Origin: Amoebidium appalachense
Taxonomy: Eukaryota > Protista > Ichthyosporea
DNA: 64,000 nucleotides
Direction: 5' to 3'
Assembly: GCA_963693365.1 (NCBI GenBank)
Contig: CAVNZM010000008.1
Location: 1,240,001-1,304,000 of the forward strand
How positions within the stretch are numbered: the stretch's first letter is position 1; the number at the start of each line of letters is the position of its first letter. Under the pieces are notes generated by a model that saw nothing but the letters and a program-made list of their open reading frames with translations, was not told where the DNA came from and ran no database searches. This document shows, one piece after another, positions 1-21,639 of the stretch. The position numbers and the translations under genes were made by a program.

Positions 1-638
1 GTGACTGATATTCATTTCGGAGCCATCTTTTTCTCAATATTTGTTTGCTCTGAGGATGCATGTTTTTGACATGGGCGATATCTGGTGGGTGTGCAAGAAC
101 AAGATAGATGTGGGTGGATGGATTGGGCACGCGAGAAAGGCATGGGGGGTGTGGGGGTGCATCTTAGGTATGGATGCACGGGTGCGTGGGGGAAACGAGG
201 GTGGGGGGGGGGGGGGGGGGGGGGTCGGGTGTGTGTGTGTGTGTGTGTGCGTGCGTGTGTGTGTGTGTGTTTGCGTGTGTGCGTATTGATGTGTGTGTAA
301 CTGATTGTACTGGTGGTAAGAGTGCTAGTGATGCGTTCACAGGGTCAAGAAATGTTTGGCCTTTACAAAAAGATAAGTGTGCTGATCAAGTAGGCCAGTG
401 AAGCCGTGATGAGATGCCTTTTGCTGAAAGGAGATTGGAAAGGGGTGCTGTTGGATTGCTCAGATGATGTGACATGTTACATGCTGCATCTAATCAATCT
501 GCCGCGCCTTTGCTACTCAGCCAATTACATTACCGCACTGCTTTTTTCCTTTATCCTACCCAGTGTGTTTTTTTTCTCCCTCTCTTACATTTTCCCTTCC
601 CTGTGTTTACACGACACTAACCCCATGCCCCCCTGCAG

Positions 639-783
639 CCACGCTGGCCATCGACAGTGACAAAGTAGTAGTGATAGATGTCAGGGGCCCACCCACACCC
701 ATAGCTGAGCTGATAGGCCACCAGGCAACAGTAAATGGCTTGGACTGGGCTCCTCACTCAAGCCATGTGTGCTCCGCAGGTAA

Positions 784-817
<34 letters not shown>

Positions 818-1559
818 GGGGGGGGGGGAAGGGGAGGACCTGGGCTCTGGATGTGTGTGTGTGGTTGGTTGAGGGGGAGGGGGTGGAAGGAAGGGGGGGG
901 GGGGGGGGGGAAGCTACGAATGTGCATGTGGATGGTTGCGTAATCACATGGATGTGGTGGTGGTGGTGTGGTGTGTGTTTGGGGGAAAGGGGCGTAGTGA
1001 GTGGTGTTTGTGGATGGTTGTGTACGTGAGTGGATGTGGTGATGGTGGTGGTGGTGTGTGTGTGTGTGTGTGTGTGTTTGGTGGTGGTGGTGGTGGGAGG
1101 GGGGGGGGAGGGGGGGGGTCCTTTTTACGTGGGCGGGTGGCTTGGGTGGGTGTTTCGGTGCGGAGGTGTTAGGGTTTTATAGACAGTTATCCTCGAATTC
1201 TTTGGTTTGTGTGTGTGTTTTTGGGGGCCGGGGAGGGGAAGGGGGGGAGAGGGAGGGGTTACATTTGCAAGCTTTGGTGGAAGGTTGGTTTTTGGGAGAA
1301 GGAAGTACGTTGATTGGATCCCAGATATATGGTCTGACCTCAGTATCTCATGTATGTTTTTCTTTTCTCCACAGGAGACGACAAGCAGGCGCTGATTTGG
1401 AATGTAGGGCGCAGCAGCAGTGAGCGCTATAGATCACCCATATTGACATACACAGCAGAGTCAGAGGTCAACCACATAAGATGGTGCCCCACAGCCACTG
1501 ATGCTGTCAACTGGGTGGCCATATGCTTTGCTAACAAGCTGCAGATACTGAGGGTGTAG
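639..1559 (+). CDS. DCAF7: DCAF7/WDR68 (AN11/TTG1-like) WD40 protein, last two exons; 5' part lies outside the window
   Basis: Exons 639-779 (ATLAIDSDKVVVIDVRGPPTPIAELIGHQATVNGLDWAPHSSHVCSA) and 1375-1559 (GDDKQALIWNV...PILTYTAESEVNHIRW...WVAICFANKLQILRV*) join in frame across a GT-AG intron. Matches the recalled DCAF7 C-terminus (WAPHSSCHICTA-DDHQALIWD...PILAYTAEGEIN...WIAICY...LEILRV). Confidence 0.93.
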
Positions 1560-3025
1560 GTCGGGAATATAGAGTTGATTTTTGGTCTCGATTTTGCTTG
1601 TTTATTCCTTGCTTAGGTGGTGGTGGTGGCTGGGAGCTTTTTTTTTTTTTTTTTTTTTCCCCTCGGGGGGGAGGGGGAGGGGGGGAGGGGGGGGGGGTCT
1701 GACGGGTGGTGTGTCTTGTTGACAAGTTTTTCTGAGCTAATATTAGTTGTGCTTTTTGGTTGATTGTGATTTGTGTATGGTAACGCAAGCTTTTATGTAC
1801 GGTGTGTGCATGGCGGCCGGGGGGGGGGGGGGGGGGGGGGGGATAATTTGTTATTTTGCGTTTTTTGAACAATAGGCCGGTAACCGTTGGTCTTGGCCGT
1901 ATGAGCAGGCTACTGTAGCTAGCTGGCACTAGCACCCTATTGGCTGAGGGGGGCAAATCCACGTGTTTGCTTTAACACGTGCCCCCATGCAGGCATGGCC
2001 ATATATGGACCATGTCACGTGACTTGCCTTAAATGGCAGTGGGTGTCCCACCCTATTTTAATACAATGACGTCAGCACCACTGGCTGTTTAATCGTGCTG
2101 GGAATGAAACATCCCTTCCTTCTCCCCATGTGGCCCTGTTTCTCTGGCAGTTAACGGCTGTCTGCGGCATGGCGATATTTTTAAATTGTCGCGATCGTGA
2201 ACGATTACGGTGTCTCTTGAATTTGATGGTGTGTATGAACATAATGGTTTTTGGGACTGGCTGAGTTTGTGGCGATGTTATCACCCCTCAAGGGCGCTTT
2301 TTTGGCTGTTATCTATATATTTACTGAAAGCTTATATTTTTTACAATATTGTTTCGTAGAAATAATAGTCCTGCAGGCAGCGCTGCAGCCAAAAAAGTTA
2401 GCCAGCAAGGGGACAAAACTAACCTTTTATGGTCAGTCACCCGCCAAAAATGGCGCGTAAATGGTTGGCTAATTTTGATTGGGTAACACCTGCCATCATG
2501 CCGTGTGTATGCATGCAGAATGTGAGAAGGGGATGTTGGTGAAGGCGGTGTTGCGCGTGTCACTACACTATTATTACTACAGCGGAACAGTTAATTGGGC
2601 ATGTGTGCACAGATGCTACTTTACGTATACACGAACACGCGTGTATACGTAGACACAGTGTGTGTGTTGTGTGTTACTAATGATGTGTGTGTGTGATAAG
2701 AGTGCTGGCGGTGGTGGGGAAGTGTACACAAACACACATGTGTGTGTGCGTGTTTGTGTTACACAGTGCGTCTATGTATGTGTGCCTGTTTGTGTGTGTG
2801 TGTGTGTGTTCCACATGATATCGATGTCGATAGCTGTGCTGCTGGTGGACACGGTGGGCAAGAGAGAGTGTGTGTTTGTGTTTGTGTGTGTGTTCATGTG
2901 TGTGTGCAATAAGGGTGTTGCGTTGGGCGCCGGTGGGGAAAGGTGTGTAGGTATGTGCTTATGTGTGATTGTATGATTGGTGTGACGATATGGTGGGGTG
3001 GGAGTGGGGATCCCAGAGAGAGAGA

Positions 3026-3060
<35 letters not shown>

Positions 3061-3628
3061 ATGCGTCAGAGGGTTGGAAATATGGAGGAGACAACGAAAA
3101 GCAACAACAAAACGTCACAAAAGTGGGAAATTCAAAATGATTAAACAATTTAAGTGTGCAGGCAGAAGACGCTTGAACAGAGCCCATCATCAGGGGGGTT
3201 CCGGGGGAGGGGGGGGGGGGGGCCACTAATTAGGTTGATAACTTAACAATCCGTTCAGGTACTAGGGGGATTATATTCATGAGATGTCTAGACGGTTTCC
3301 CATGTTGTATCCCGTGCCCATATATGGCAAAAAATACAAACAAGCTATTGGGCTTGATCTCAGTTCACATAAGCAGACACCCTCGAGGATATCAAGGAGG
3401 AATAAAAAGGAGTGTGGGAGCTTGCACACTTAAAACTGGAACGATCGGTTGAAAAAACCCGTAAATTATGAATCAACATGTTGGCATGCTATCATACTAC
3501 TAAGTTAGTTTCTAGTATTTACCAGGCAGCTTTCTATACGAGAACACTGTGACTGGGTGGGTTTGAAACTTCAACTCTACACATAGGCCTTTGACCAAAT
3601 TGCTCGTTATCATAGTTTGTGTTCGTGA

Positions 3629-3695
<67 letters not shown>

Positions 3696-4012
3696 CTTTT
3701 GTGTGTCGTTGGTGTCTAAATTTGTAACTGCATGGATGTGCGATGTTATCTTTGTGTGTGTTTGTGTCACGAGTGTGATATAACTGGATACATGTGCGTG
3801 TTCATGTTTGTGTGTGTGATTATTATTTGAACTATTCCACTCTGCTGTGCTTTGATCCCCCACATACGCACAGCATGAGGTTTGTTTTCTAAGCCTTTTG
3901 GCCGGCAAAACAAAAGAGCACCTAACTCAAATCTGTAATGGTTTGATGATATTTTTACATTTTTTTTTTTTAAAAAAAAAAACCAACGCTACAATCCAAT
4001 CAGCGACCCCCC

Positions 4013-12561
<8,549 letters not shown>

Positions 12562-13813
12562 TTTGGCGCGCGGGGGCGCACCCCAATTTACGGAGAATGT
12601 GTACCCTTCAAGCTGGTGTGGGATGGGGTGAATTCTCTGTAGCTAACAGGGCAGAGTTCTTGTGGACTGGTAGGTTGAGGTAAATAAAAGAGGAAGGCGG
12701 GGTTGTTTAGAGCTCCAAAATTTGAAAGTGAGAATAACTATTTACGCAATATGACTGTTGTTTCTAGCGTGGGTCAGTTGGTTATGCAAACTACTATAAA
12801 CGGACCCGAGACAATTATTTTAGCCCACTAATCCAACGGAGTCAAGCGGAATCAGTGAATGATGGTCCCCGGGAGTCCTCGAAGTTCTAAGGTCAAGATG
12901 ACTGGCACTGAAAGAACGTAAACGTCACATAGACATTAATACTTGAGCGTAAGGTATCAACTATAATAATTACCAACTTCAACACGAGTATACCCACATA
13001 CCCCTACAGTACCCTTGGGCTACAAAAGCTTGACCACACACACTCTCACAGACGGCCGTCGGCAAGTCGCAGTACGGTCGCGCGTGAATATTTGGAATTC
13101 CAATGTAGGGGCGGCATAGATCGTGGCATGATTTGAATCGAGATCTATGCTTATAATTGGATGCTTTTATCCTACTTGGATCTTACTCGGCATACCAGAA
13201 AAGCAACTTGAACTTTGGGTGCATGATATTTATCGAACAATTGTTCGCTAACATTTCCCATACTTGGTGAACCAGGTGAATAAGAGGGGTTGAAAAGCTC
13301 CAGGCAGATGTACCTAATTACTTAATCATTTATCTATATATATATATATATATCTTTATATTTTTATTTATATTTATATACATAAACTGTTTATATATAT
13401 ATCACTTGAGGCAGCTGACACTGGGTGATTTGATGACGTCACAGCATGACGTTTACAGCGAATCATATTTCAGTGATCTCACGCCCTTTTTGCCGCCACA
13501 CAGACGCCGTGGTGCGCGGGCGACCGCTTTCATTGGGCTCGAGCGCACCCTGTGACTGTTGTGGCGGGGGGAGCTGAAGTGGGGGCGGAGGGGAGGGGGG
13601 AGAGGGAGGCAGAGACCCGGGGGGGAGGGGGAGGGGGGGGGGGGGGGGGGGGGGGGTGAGGTCAGGGGGAGGAGGGGCGGGAGGGGGTCCCGGAGGAGAA
13701 GGGGGTTGGCGGGGGAAAGGGGGTGGAGGTGGACTACAGGGGTTGCAGCTGGAGGGGGCTCGCGTGGGGAGGAAAGATGGGAGGAGAAAAATAAGCAAAA
13801 AAAAAAAGGCGCG

Positions 13814-13814
<1 letters not shown>

Positions 13815-13896
<82 letters not shown>
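13815..13896. repeat. Poly-G homopolymer, about 80 nt
   Basis: Longest of many G/C runs; directly visible. Confidence 0.9.
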
Positions 13897-13897
<1 letters not shown>

Positions 13898-14303
13898 GGG
13901 GGTTGGAGAAGGGGGTGGCGAGGGGGGAGGAGGGGTCTGCTGTTGGACGAGGTTCGAGTCGGGAGGAGATCTGGAGATGGGAGGAGAAAAGAAAAGGGGG
14001 AGGGGGGGGGGGGGGGGGGGTGGCGGGGGAGGGGAGGGGGGGGGGGAGGGGGGGGGAGAAGAGAGGGGGGAGGATGGCCCAGTGAAATGCAGGTCAAACA
14101 GGTGTGGTTCATTATAAGATGCGGGGGGAAAAGGGGGGGGGAGGGGGGGGTCTAACGAATTCTAGAGCCTATCCAAGCTGGTGGAAATATCTTCAAGGTG
14201 GTCGGGTGGGTGGGTGAGTGGTGGTGTTTGTTGGGGAGGAGGGGGCGGCGGGGAGGGGGGGGAGGGGGAGGAACGAAGGCCCTGTGGCTTCCAGGTGCAC
14301 AAC

Positions 14304-15255
14304 GTCGGCAACAAATGCGTCTGGCAGATGCAGTTTTTTTTAGCCTCGAAGCATAAAGCGAGCATAATAAACGGCCTGGTTTCTCACCAAGACGCCAAGA
14401 CGAAAAGAATCATTATGTGCGTGTCTGCCACAAGTCAGTCTGAGAAAGTCACTGTGTACACACCATGCTCACGTGTACGTGGGTTTGAATGCGCACACGT
14501 CCAACTGTGCTGCATTGTGCGAGTAGTACTATGCACCTTTTATGTGTGGGCCTCTATTATTTGCGCGCGTGTGTGTATAAGTGCTTGTGTGTACCGTAGG
14601 TTGTAGTGCTACGTGTCTTCAGTGTACAACTCACGGTGTGTGTGTGGAGAGGGGAGGAGGGGGAGAGGAGGGGGGGGGGAGGGGGGGGGGGATGCGAGGG
14701 CGTGTGTGTGTGCGGGCGCTCGCGGGCCAGTCTTAGTGCACACATGTATGCAGGATGTGTACACACACATGTGTGTGTGTGTGTGTGTGTGTGTTTGTGC
14801 GCGCGCACCCACGACTAGTGGCCCGATCCGCTACATAGTGCAAGCATGGCCGTCCCACACTGGCTGTATATTGTACAGCAACAGGGTGTGATATGAAATC
14901 CATGACCGCCTGCATTTATACTTATACATCATATCTTCTATAGGCTCGTACCCTTCCCCCCCCCCCCCCCCCCCCCCGAAAACCTCCCTCCCTGCCCCCC
15001 TTCCCCCCCCCCCTCCCCCCCCCCCCCCTTCCCCCCTCTCCCCACGCTTCTGAGGCCGGGGGGGAAGGGGGGGGGGAGGGGGGGTGAGTGGGGTGAGGGG
15101 GAGGGGGTTGGGGAGAGGGGGAGGGGAGATCCAGAGGGGGGGAAGAGTGTAAGTTTTGTTTTGTTTTGTTTTGTTTTTTTTTTTTTTTTTTTTTTTGGGG
15201 GGGGGGGGGGGGGGAGGGGGTGAAGGGGGGCGGGGGTGTGTTGGGGGGGGGGGGT

Positions 15256-15291
<36 letters not shown>

Positions 15292-16912
15292 TATACCGAA
15301 ACCCACATCCCAATTTACTTTTTGTCTTGTTGGTGAACCCCCCATGAAGGTGGGTAGGTGGGTGGAAGTTTTTTTTTTTTTTTTTTCTTTTCTTTTTCTT
15401 TTTTTTTTTTTTTTTTTTTGGGGGGGGGGGGGGGGGGGTACGAGAACCATTATTTGTCTGTGAGGGTTTGCCACGTTGTGTGATGTGTGAAAATTGTTAA
15501 ACCGGGACGGGAAGGATACAAAGAGGGATGCAGGGAGGGTATGAAGTTGGGAGAGAGAAGGAGTCGGTGTGGTGGGCTTAGGAGCAGTGCTGTACAGTAA
15601 TGCCAAGTTGAATACAATGTTTTCTAGCCGTGGACCCCGGAGGTACCGCTGCAAAAAGCTGTTCATTTCAGTGGTGTTTTGAGGGATTTCTACACCCCAT
15701 AGTTCCTGGCCCACACATAACGGTTGGGGTGTGTGGATTCGGTATGAGGAGGAAAGGGGGAAGGGCGAGGGGGGGGAGGGGGGGGGAGGGAGGTCGGGGG
15801 GATGGGGGATGGGGGGGAAGAGGGAGGTTCCTGATGTGTGTGTCGATATCTTAAGTTGGGGGGCTCAGAAAAGCACCTGTTTGTTCAATACAAGGGCTTA
15901 TCGGATGATGTCAGTGTGCAAGTGATAAGATGCGCTATAGCATTACATCCCATGGGCCCTTTTTACTATGAAAGGCCAGCCTTACTACGAGAATTAAATT
16001 ACAGGTTTTCTACCCTTACATCACTCTAAGGATACCGCGGAATTATGTATCATGCAATCCGGAAGTCACAACACACTGTGTGGCAACTATTCAGATATCC
16101 TAAAAACATGCTGCGGTCTAGAACATCCACATTACATTTCAGCGTATAGTCTAATGTTGCTACACTGTGATATTTTCTTCTGGTCAGGCTAAGTTAGCCT
16201 ATACCCTCCCCCTCCTCCCCCCCCCCCCCCCCCCCCCCCCCCCCACACTCCCGCTGGGAAAAAAAAAACTTTGAAAAGGCAGTCCTACAGCAACACAGCT
16301 CGGAGCAACACACACCTGATGTCGAAGTGTGCCGTGCAGCCCCTTTATATACTCTCAGTCTGTTTGTTCCAGCGGCGCCTTGGACCACGTGCACGCGGCG
16401 AATTCGCATTCGACTCGGAGCTCGAGCGCGATGTCATCTTCGACTATATATGATTAGCTGGCAGTATGTACTTGCATAAGGAACTAAATTGTACATAGGG
16501 GCAACCTATGTGAAACATAGTGAAGTAAAAATAAGTAAGGGATGAGGAGAAGAAAGTTATAGCCAGAGTCTCTCGTGGCGCATTTACATTTGATGGAAGT
16601 ACTGCGGCGGATATCACGCCACGTGCACATGATACCACGGCCCTCTGAAAAAACGTGATGATACCCTAGCTGCTGGAATACCTGGTGAGTCAGACTCGGT
16701 GAGCGAGATCGCGGAAAGGGGCAAAATTCCGTTTGGTGCACATGGCTTTTGTGATCAATATATATATATCACCGGTGGGAATTTTGGATACCACCTCAAC
16801 CCTTTTCATGCCACATGAGTGTGAATATTTTGTGACGAATGCCCATGTTGTGACGCTAGTTTGCGTTTTCGACAGACATAGAAATAACTCATGGATGCCG
16901 GTGCATGTGTGA
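14304..16912 (+). pseudogene. Degenerate, apparently intron-containing Mutator-like (MULE) transposase remnant
   Basis: 16781-16912 translates ILDTTSTL...VVTLVCVFDRHRNNSWMPVHV*, resembling the MULE first-Asp region (D-x-T...LxTLLVFDxHRNGxPVA). Upstream exon-like islands between G-runs: 14304-14416 (VHNVGNKCVWQMQFF), 14820-14890 (YIVQAWPSHTG). Stops present. Confidence 0.45.
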
Positions 16913-17346
16913 TATTCTATCCCTATATATGCATATTTCAAAGTTTACGTATACGTACATGCCGATCGACCGACCACGGATGTGTCGGGTCGGTTGACCC
17001 GAGAACCAGCCCGAACCGACCCGGCGGCCCCGACCCCAAACGGTGGCATTTTTGCCCAAACCCGGCTGTCCGGATGATCCGACGGGTTCGACCCGTATCC
17101 GGCCCGGCCTGGGGTCTTGATCCGGGAAGAAGAGTCGGGTCGGCCCTGCAGGGTCATATACTAGTAATGCCACGCTCTGCCGAGCTTTGGCTTAACGTCG
17201 AAGCGAGGCGAGAATTTTCTGGAAGGTGCTGTGTGCGTGTGTGCCAGTGTTGGGCAACAATTTTAAGGAAAAAAATGGACTGTTCGGATATTTTTTTTCT
17301 CTCTGGCTGTATCCTGCCTCCCCCCCCCCCCCCCCCCCTCCCCCCC

Positions 17347-17377
<31 letters not shown>

Positions 17378-17593
17378 TTCACTTCTCCCTCCACTCCCGG
17401 CCTTTTCTGTCTTCTCCTCAGCGTCGTTCTTTCTCTGTCCCCCTCCCCTGCCTCCCTTCCTCCCTCTGCCTCCCCATCTATTCCCCTTTCCTTCTCCCTC
17501 CCCCCCCCTTCCCCTTTCTCCTTTCCTCCCCCTCCCCCCCTTTTTTTTTGTATGTATGTGTGTTTGGCTGGCCCTAGGTTTACCCATAAATGG

Positions 17594-17654
<61 letters not shown>

Positions 17655-17776
17655 GTGTGTACAGCTGATGGGAAACAACCGTTTTCCAAAATTGTATTTG
17701 ATCGGGGGGGAGGGGGGAGGGGAGGGGACGGTTATTTCTCTAGCCCTTTTTTTTTTGGGTCAGTAACTGCCTTAAA

Positions 17777-17812
<36 letters not shown>

Positions 17813-18419
17813 TATGGCTGGGGGGAGGTGCATGTGGGTTTGGGGGGGGGGGGGGGGGGGGGGGGGGGAAGGAAGAGGGGGGGACTCGTTGCTTGGGAGG
17901 TTTTTTTTTTGGATATGAAAGGTGCGTGTGTGTGTGGGTGGGTACGTACGTGCGTGCGTGCGTGCGTGCGTGTACGTATGCGTGCGGGGGAGGCTGTTTT
18001 TAGAGAGGGGGGGGGGGGGGGGGGGGGGATTGTAATTTGATGTACGGCCTTTTTTTTCCAGTTTATTTGTTGGCGAAATGAATTGTTTTGGGGGGCTGCC
18101 CATTTGTTCGGTAATGCAAAATATGTTTACTACATTTATATACTATTTATTTTTATATGTCGAGTTGGATATAACATGTACACACGGTCGAGGAAGTATT
18201 TATGCGATCGATTCGGTGCACGTTGGGGAATTGCACGATCGGTTAGCAAGTTTACGGCGATCGCTGATTGGTGAACGCAAGACACCTGACTTTCCGCAAA
18301 CCAGGGTGCGCTGTAAGTCTGGAAACCAATCACAATCAGAGGAACCACTACATTCACCAATGGAATTACCGCGGCGTCATCCTTTGCGGCTCCCGCCAAA
18401 TCTGACCACCCGCGAACCA

Positions 18420-18590
18420 AAGGCTTGGCACGTGATCGGCGACTTATCAGGGCTGAGCCATCACATGATCACCAATGGTCGGGCCAGGTTTTTGTCTGGA
18501 CTCACTCACTCACTCATCACTCACTCACAAATCCCGGCTGGGGCTGTGGAATGAGAACTGCTTAGCTTCGCTAATGCTCGCTTCTCTGTT
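18420..18590 (-). mobile_element. Helentron/HINE-like element end (hairpin plus (TCAC)n microsatellite)
   Basis: Hairpin gagaa..gcttagc-ttc-gctaatgc..ttctc at 18553-18586 next to a (tcac)n tract at 18500-18528; this layout is typical of Helentron-associated interspersed elements. The other end was not located. Confidence 0.4.
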
Positions 18591-18634
18591 GATTTACTTT
18601 TTTTTCATTTAGGCCGATTTGATTGGTCCTCAGG

Positions 18635-19553
18635 CAGGGGTGGGCAGGTAGGGAAAAATGGGATCGGGTCAGGTCGGGTCGGGTCTGAGCCTTGACGGGT
18701 AGAAACGGGTCTAGCCGGGTCGGGTCTAGCCCTCCCCCCCCGGGCCCCAATACTGGTTGGGGGGGGGGGGGGGGGGGGGGGAGGGGGGGGGGGGGGGGGG
18801 CTAGCGCCTACTATATAGAGAGGGCCAAGCTGGAAAGAGACCTTCTTTGTAATATTGTTTTTCTTTGGACTGGATTGGATCTATTCGACGGAAAGATATG
18901 CAAGTATGCACGGCATACTGAGAAGACAATAAAAACTTCACGAGTTATCCAGTAACAAGTGCATACTGAGATACCTGAACACTGTGTGAAAATCATATAA
19001 ATACTAAATGTGACGACCAACAGAATTCAACCCAAAGTCTAAAGTGGGTACATTGCCAGCCAGTGTAGCAGACACCCGTAGGGAAAGAGGTAAAACGCGA
19101 CATAAAAACTCACACCTATCAACATGCTTGCGATTAAAAAGTTCAGCACAAAAGTGGCACCAGCGGCGATGGAAACAAAAATCACAACGCCACTGCACAA
19201 CTTCCCATGCAATATCAACATCAGAGCACCATACAGACTTATCTACGAGGGTGGTATCCAAACGTACAGCAGGAGAAATGTATCCTGCCAAAGCTCCCAA
19301 AAAGCGATAATGATTGTAATACCGGTACCCCCCCCCCCCCCCCCCCACCACCACCACCACCAAAAGCCTCCCCCGGCCCCCCTTGGGCCTCTTCGTCATC
19401 CCAGTGGGCTCCTCCCCGCCCTCCTCCCCCCTCTTCCCCTCCCTACCCGGGGCCCGGGTAGACCAGATAGGTTCACGGGTAAGCCCGGGTCGGGTCGGGT
19501 CTGAGCCTCAACAGGTAAGACCCGGCGGGTTGGGTCTACCCACCCCACCCCTG
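18635..19553. mobile_element. Non-autonomous hAT-type element (919 bp) nested in the larger hAT
   Basis: TIRs caggggtggg / cccacccctg. Perfect 8-bp TSD tcctcagg at 18627-18634 and 19554-19561. Repeated cgggtcgggtc subterminal motifs. Confidence 0.9.
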
Positions 19554-19615
19554 TCCTCAGGTCCATGGGCGGATATGATATGTCGTTGAATTTTATCGTG
19601 GCTGTATGCGCGGCC

Positions 19616-19653
<38 letters not shown>

Positions 19654-20006
19654 AGTGTGTGGTATGTGTACGTGTGTTTTGTGTGTGTGCGTCATGTGTG
19701 CGTGTTTTATCGTGGCTGGTGCGTGTTTGTGTGTGTACGTACCGAGTATGTGTGTTTGTACACGTGTGTGCGTGACGTGTGTGTGTGTGTGTGCGCGCGC
19801 GCACGTGCGGTGTGTGTGTGTGTGTGTTTGTGTGTGTGTGCGTGTGTGTGCCTGTGTGTGTGTGTGTGTGCCGCGGTGTGTGTGTGTGTGTGTGTGCAGA
19901 GTGTGTGTGTGTGTGCACGTGTGTGTGTGTGTGTGTGTGTGTGACGTGTGTGTGTGTGTGTGTGGGTGTGTGTGTGTGCGTGTGTTTCCGTGTGTGTGTT
20001 TGTGTG

Positions 20007-20089
<83 letters not shown>

Positions 20090-20168
20090 TTTGTGTATGT
20101 GTGTGTGTGTGTGTGTTGTGGTATGGCAAAGGCATAAAGCCTTGGTGTTTCTCCCTGAAGGAGAGCTA

Positions 20169-20245
20169 GCCTTTTTGGCCCAGATGGTCAAGCCATCGGC
20201 CTAAGGACACCAAGTGCTCGTGTTCAAATCCCGATGGAGGAGGCC
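20169..20245 (+). pseudogene. tRNA-like sequence (tRNA pseudogene or SINE head)
   Basis: A-box-like TGGCCCAGATGG, B-box-like GTTCAAATCC, possible acceptor stem GCCTTTT/AGGAGGC, downstream T5. D and anticodon arms pair poorly. Confidence 0.5.
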
Positions 20246-20676
20246 TTTTTGTGAGCCATACTTCAGTGGTAGAGGTGCGGACGCCGCCCGGATCGATATC
20301 AGATGATCTGGCGGGTGAGCGATCCTTGAATGAGTCACATATTGAAGAACCCCGGACTCTAACGAGGTGAGGTGTCAAGAAGCGCACACAAGTGTACACT
20401 TTTGTGTGTGTGTGTGTGAGCCACTGTGTCGACGTCCGGTGTGTCACAGTGTACGTATGTCACGGTTTGTGAGTCACACGGTGTGTGTGTGTGTGTGCAC
20501 ATTGTGTGTGTTTGTACGTTTGTGTGTGTCGATGCCTTGTGGTGCAAAAATAAAGAAGCACGGAAAGGGCAAAGTTAGCACGATCGATTTGTCACTCGCC
20601 CGATACCGGCGGTTGTGTAATCAATCTATGATGCACCGCTTATTCCCGAGGTTTTGATAGAACTTCACTGATATTG

Positions 20677-20699
20677 GGCAGTACCTCAGTGATACGGTG

Positions 20700-20743
<44 letters not shown>

Positions 20744-21426
20744 GGGGGAGGGGGGGGGGGGGGGGGGCGCTGTGACAGGGGCGGGGGGGCATGAGAGGGG
20801 GAAGGAGTGAATTTCCCATCGTAAGTATGAGCACCGTGTACTGTAATGCACATTTTGGGGCGGTGCCGGATATATTTACACACTGCCTGCAGGCAAAAGT
20901 AGCTACAGGTGCTCGCGGAATACATTATTTCTAACTACATTTTGAATAAAACAAATACTAACATATTTCTTTATAATAAAGCCTGATATAAAGCCTCACT
21001 AGTATTTAGTCCATATGCACCATTATACGTACTGATGATACGGGGGTCGCATGCTGAGTCGCATGTGACGCGGCAGCGTACGGCCTACAATTTCCAGCCC
21101 TGCGCCAGCGTGGCAGGTTGTGTGACGTCATCAGTATGACGTCAGTTGCGGATCGGCCCGGGAACCAGTGTTTCGAGCCGGGAACCACTGTTTCAAACTC
21201 GGGAACCAGTGTTTCGAGCCGGGAACCACTGTTTTGCGGATCGGCCCGGGAACCAGTGTTTCGAGCCGGGAACCACTGTTTCAAACTCGGGAACCAGTGT
21301 TTCGGGCCGGGAACCACGGTTCTGGCCCGGGAACTAGCCCCTGGATTCGACCCGTGTTTGTTCCCGGGAACTGCATTCCAGCTGCTGGAATGCGGGAACA
21401 CCGTATCACTGAGGTGCTGCCTTGAC
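20677..21426. mobile_element. TIR element (MITE, possibly MULE-type) with 9-bp flanking direct repeat
   Basis: Inverted repeats ggcagtacctcagtgatacggtgtt (20677-20701) and aacaccgtatcactgaggtgctgcc (21397-21421), 24/25 match. ctgatattg at 20668-20676 and 21427-21435. Confidence 0.7.
21148..21340. repeat. Array of cgggaacca(g/c)tgttt motifs (20-27 bp units) with an 88-bp higher-order period
   Basis: gcggatcggcccgggaacc begins at 21148 and again at 21236; about 9 gggaac motifs. Confidence 0.9.
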
Positions 21427-21496
21427 CTGATATTGTTGCGACCAGGCCCGGCGGCGCGAATATTCGCGTTTCCACAGCAACAACAGGGCCTATAAC

Positions 21497-21639
<143 letters not shown>

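Noticed and set aside
18810-19310. Intact transposase inside the 919-bp hAT element
   Set aside because: Only short ORFs; the TLPASVA resemblance to the hAT dimerisation motif is too weak to call.
21148-21340. gggaacca array as a CRISPR or coding repeat
   Set aside because: The intervening sequences are themselves repeated with an 88-bp period, and the array is nested in a TIR element.
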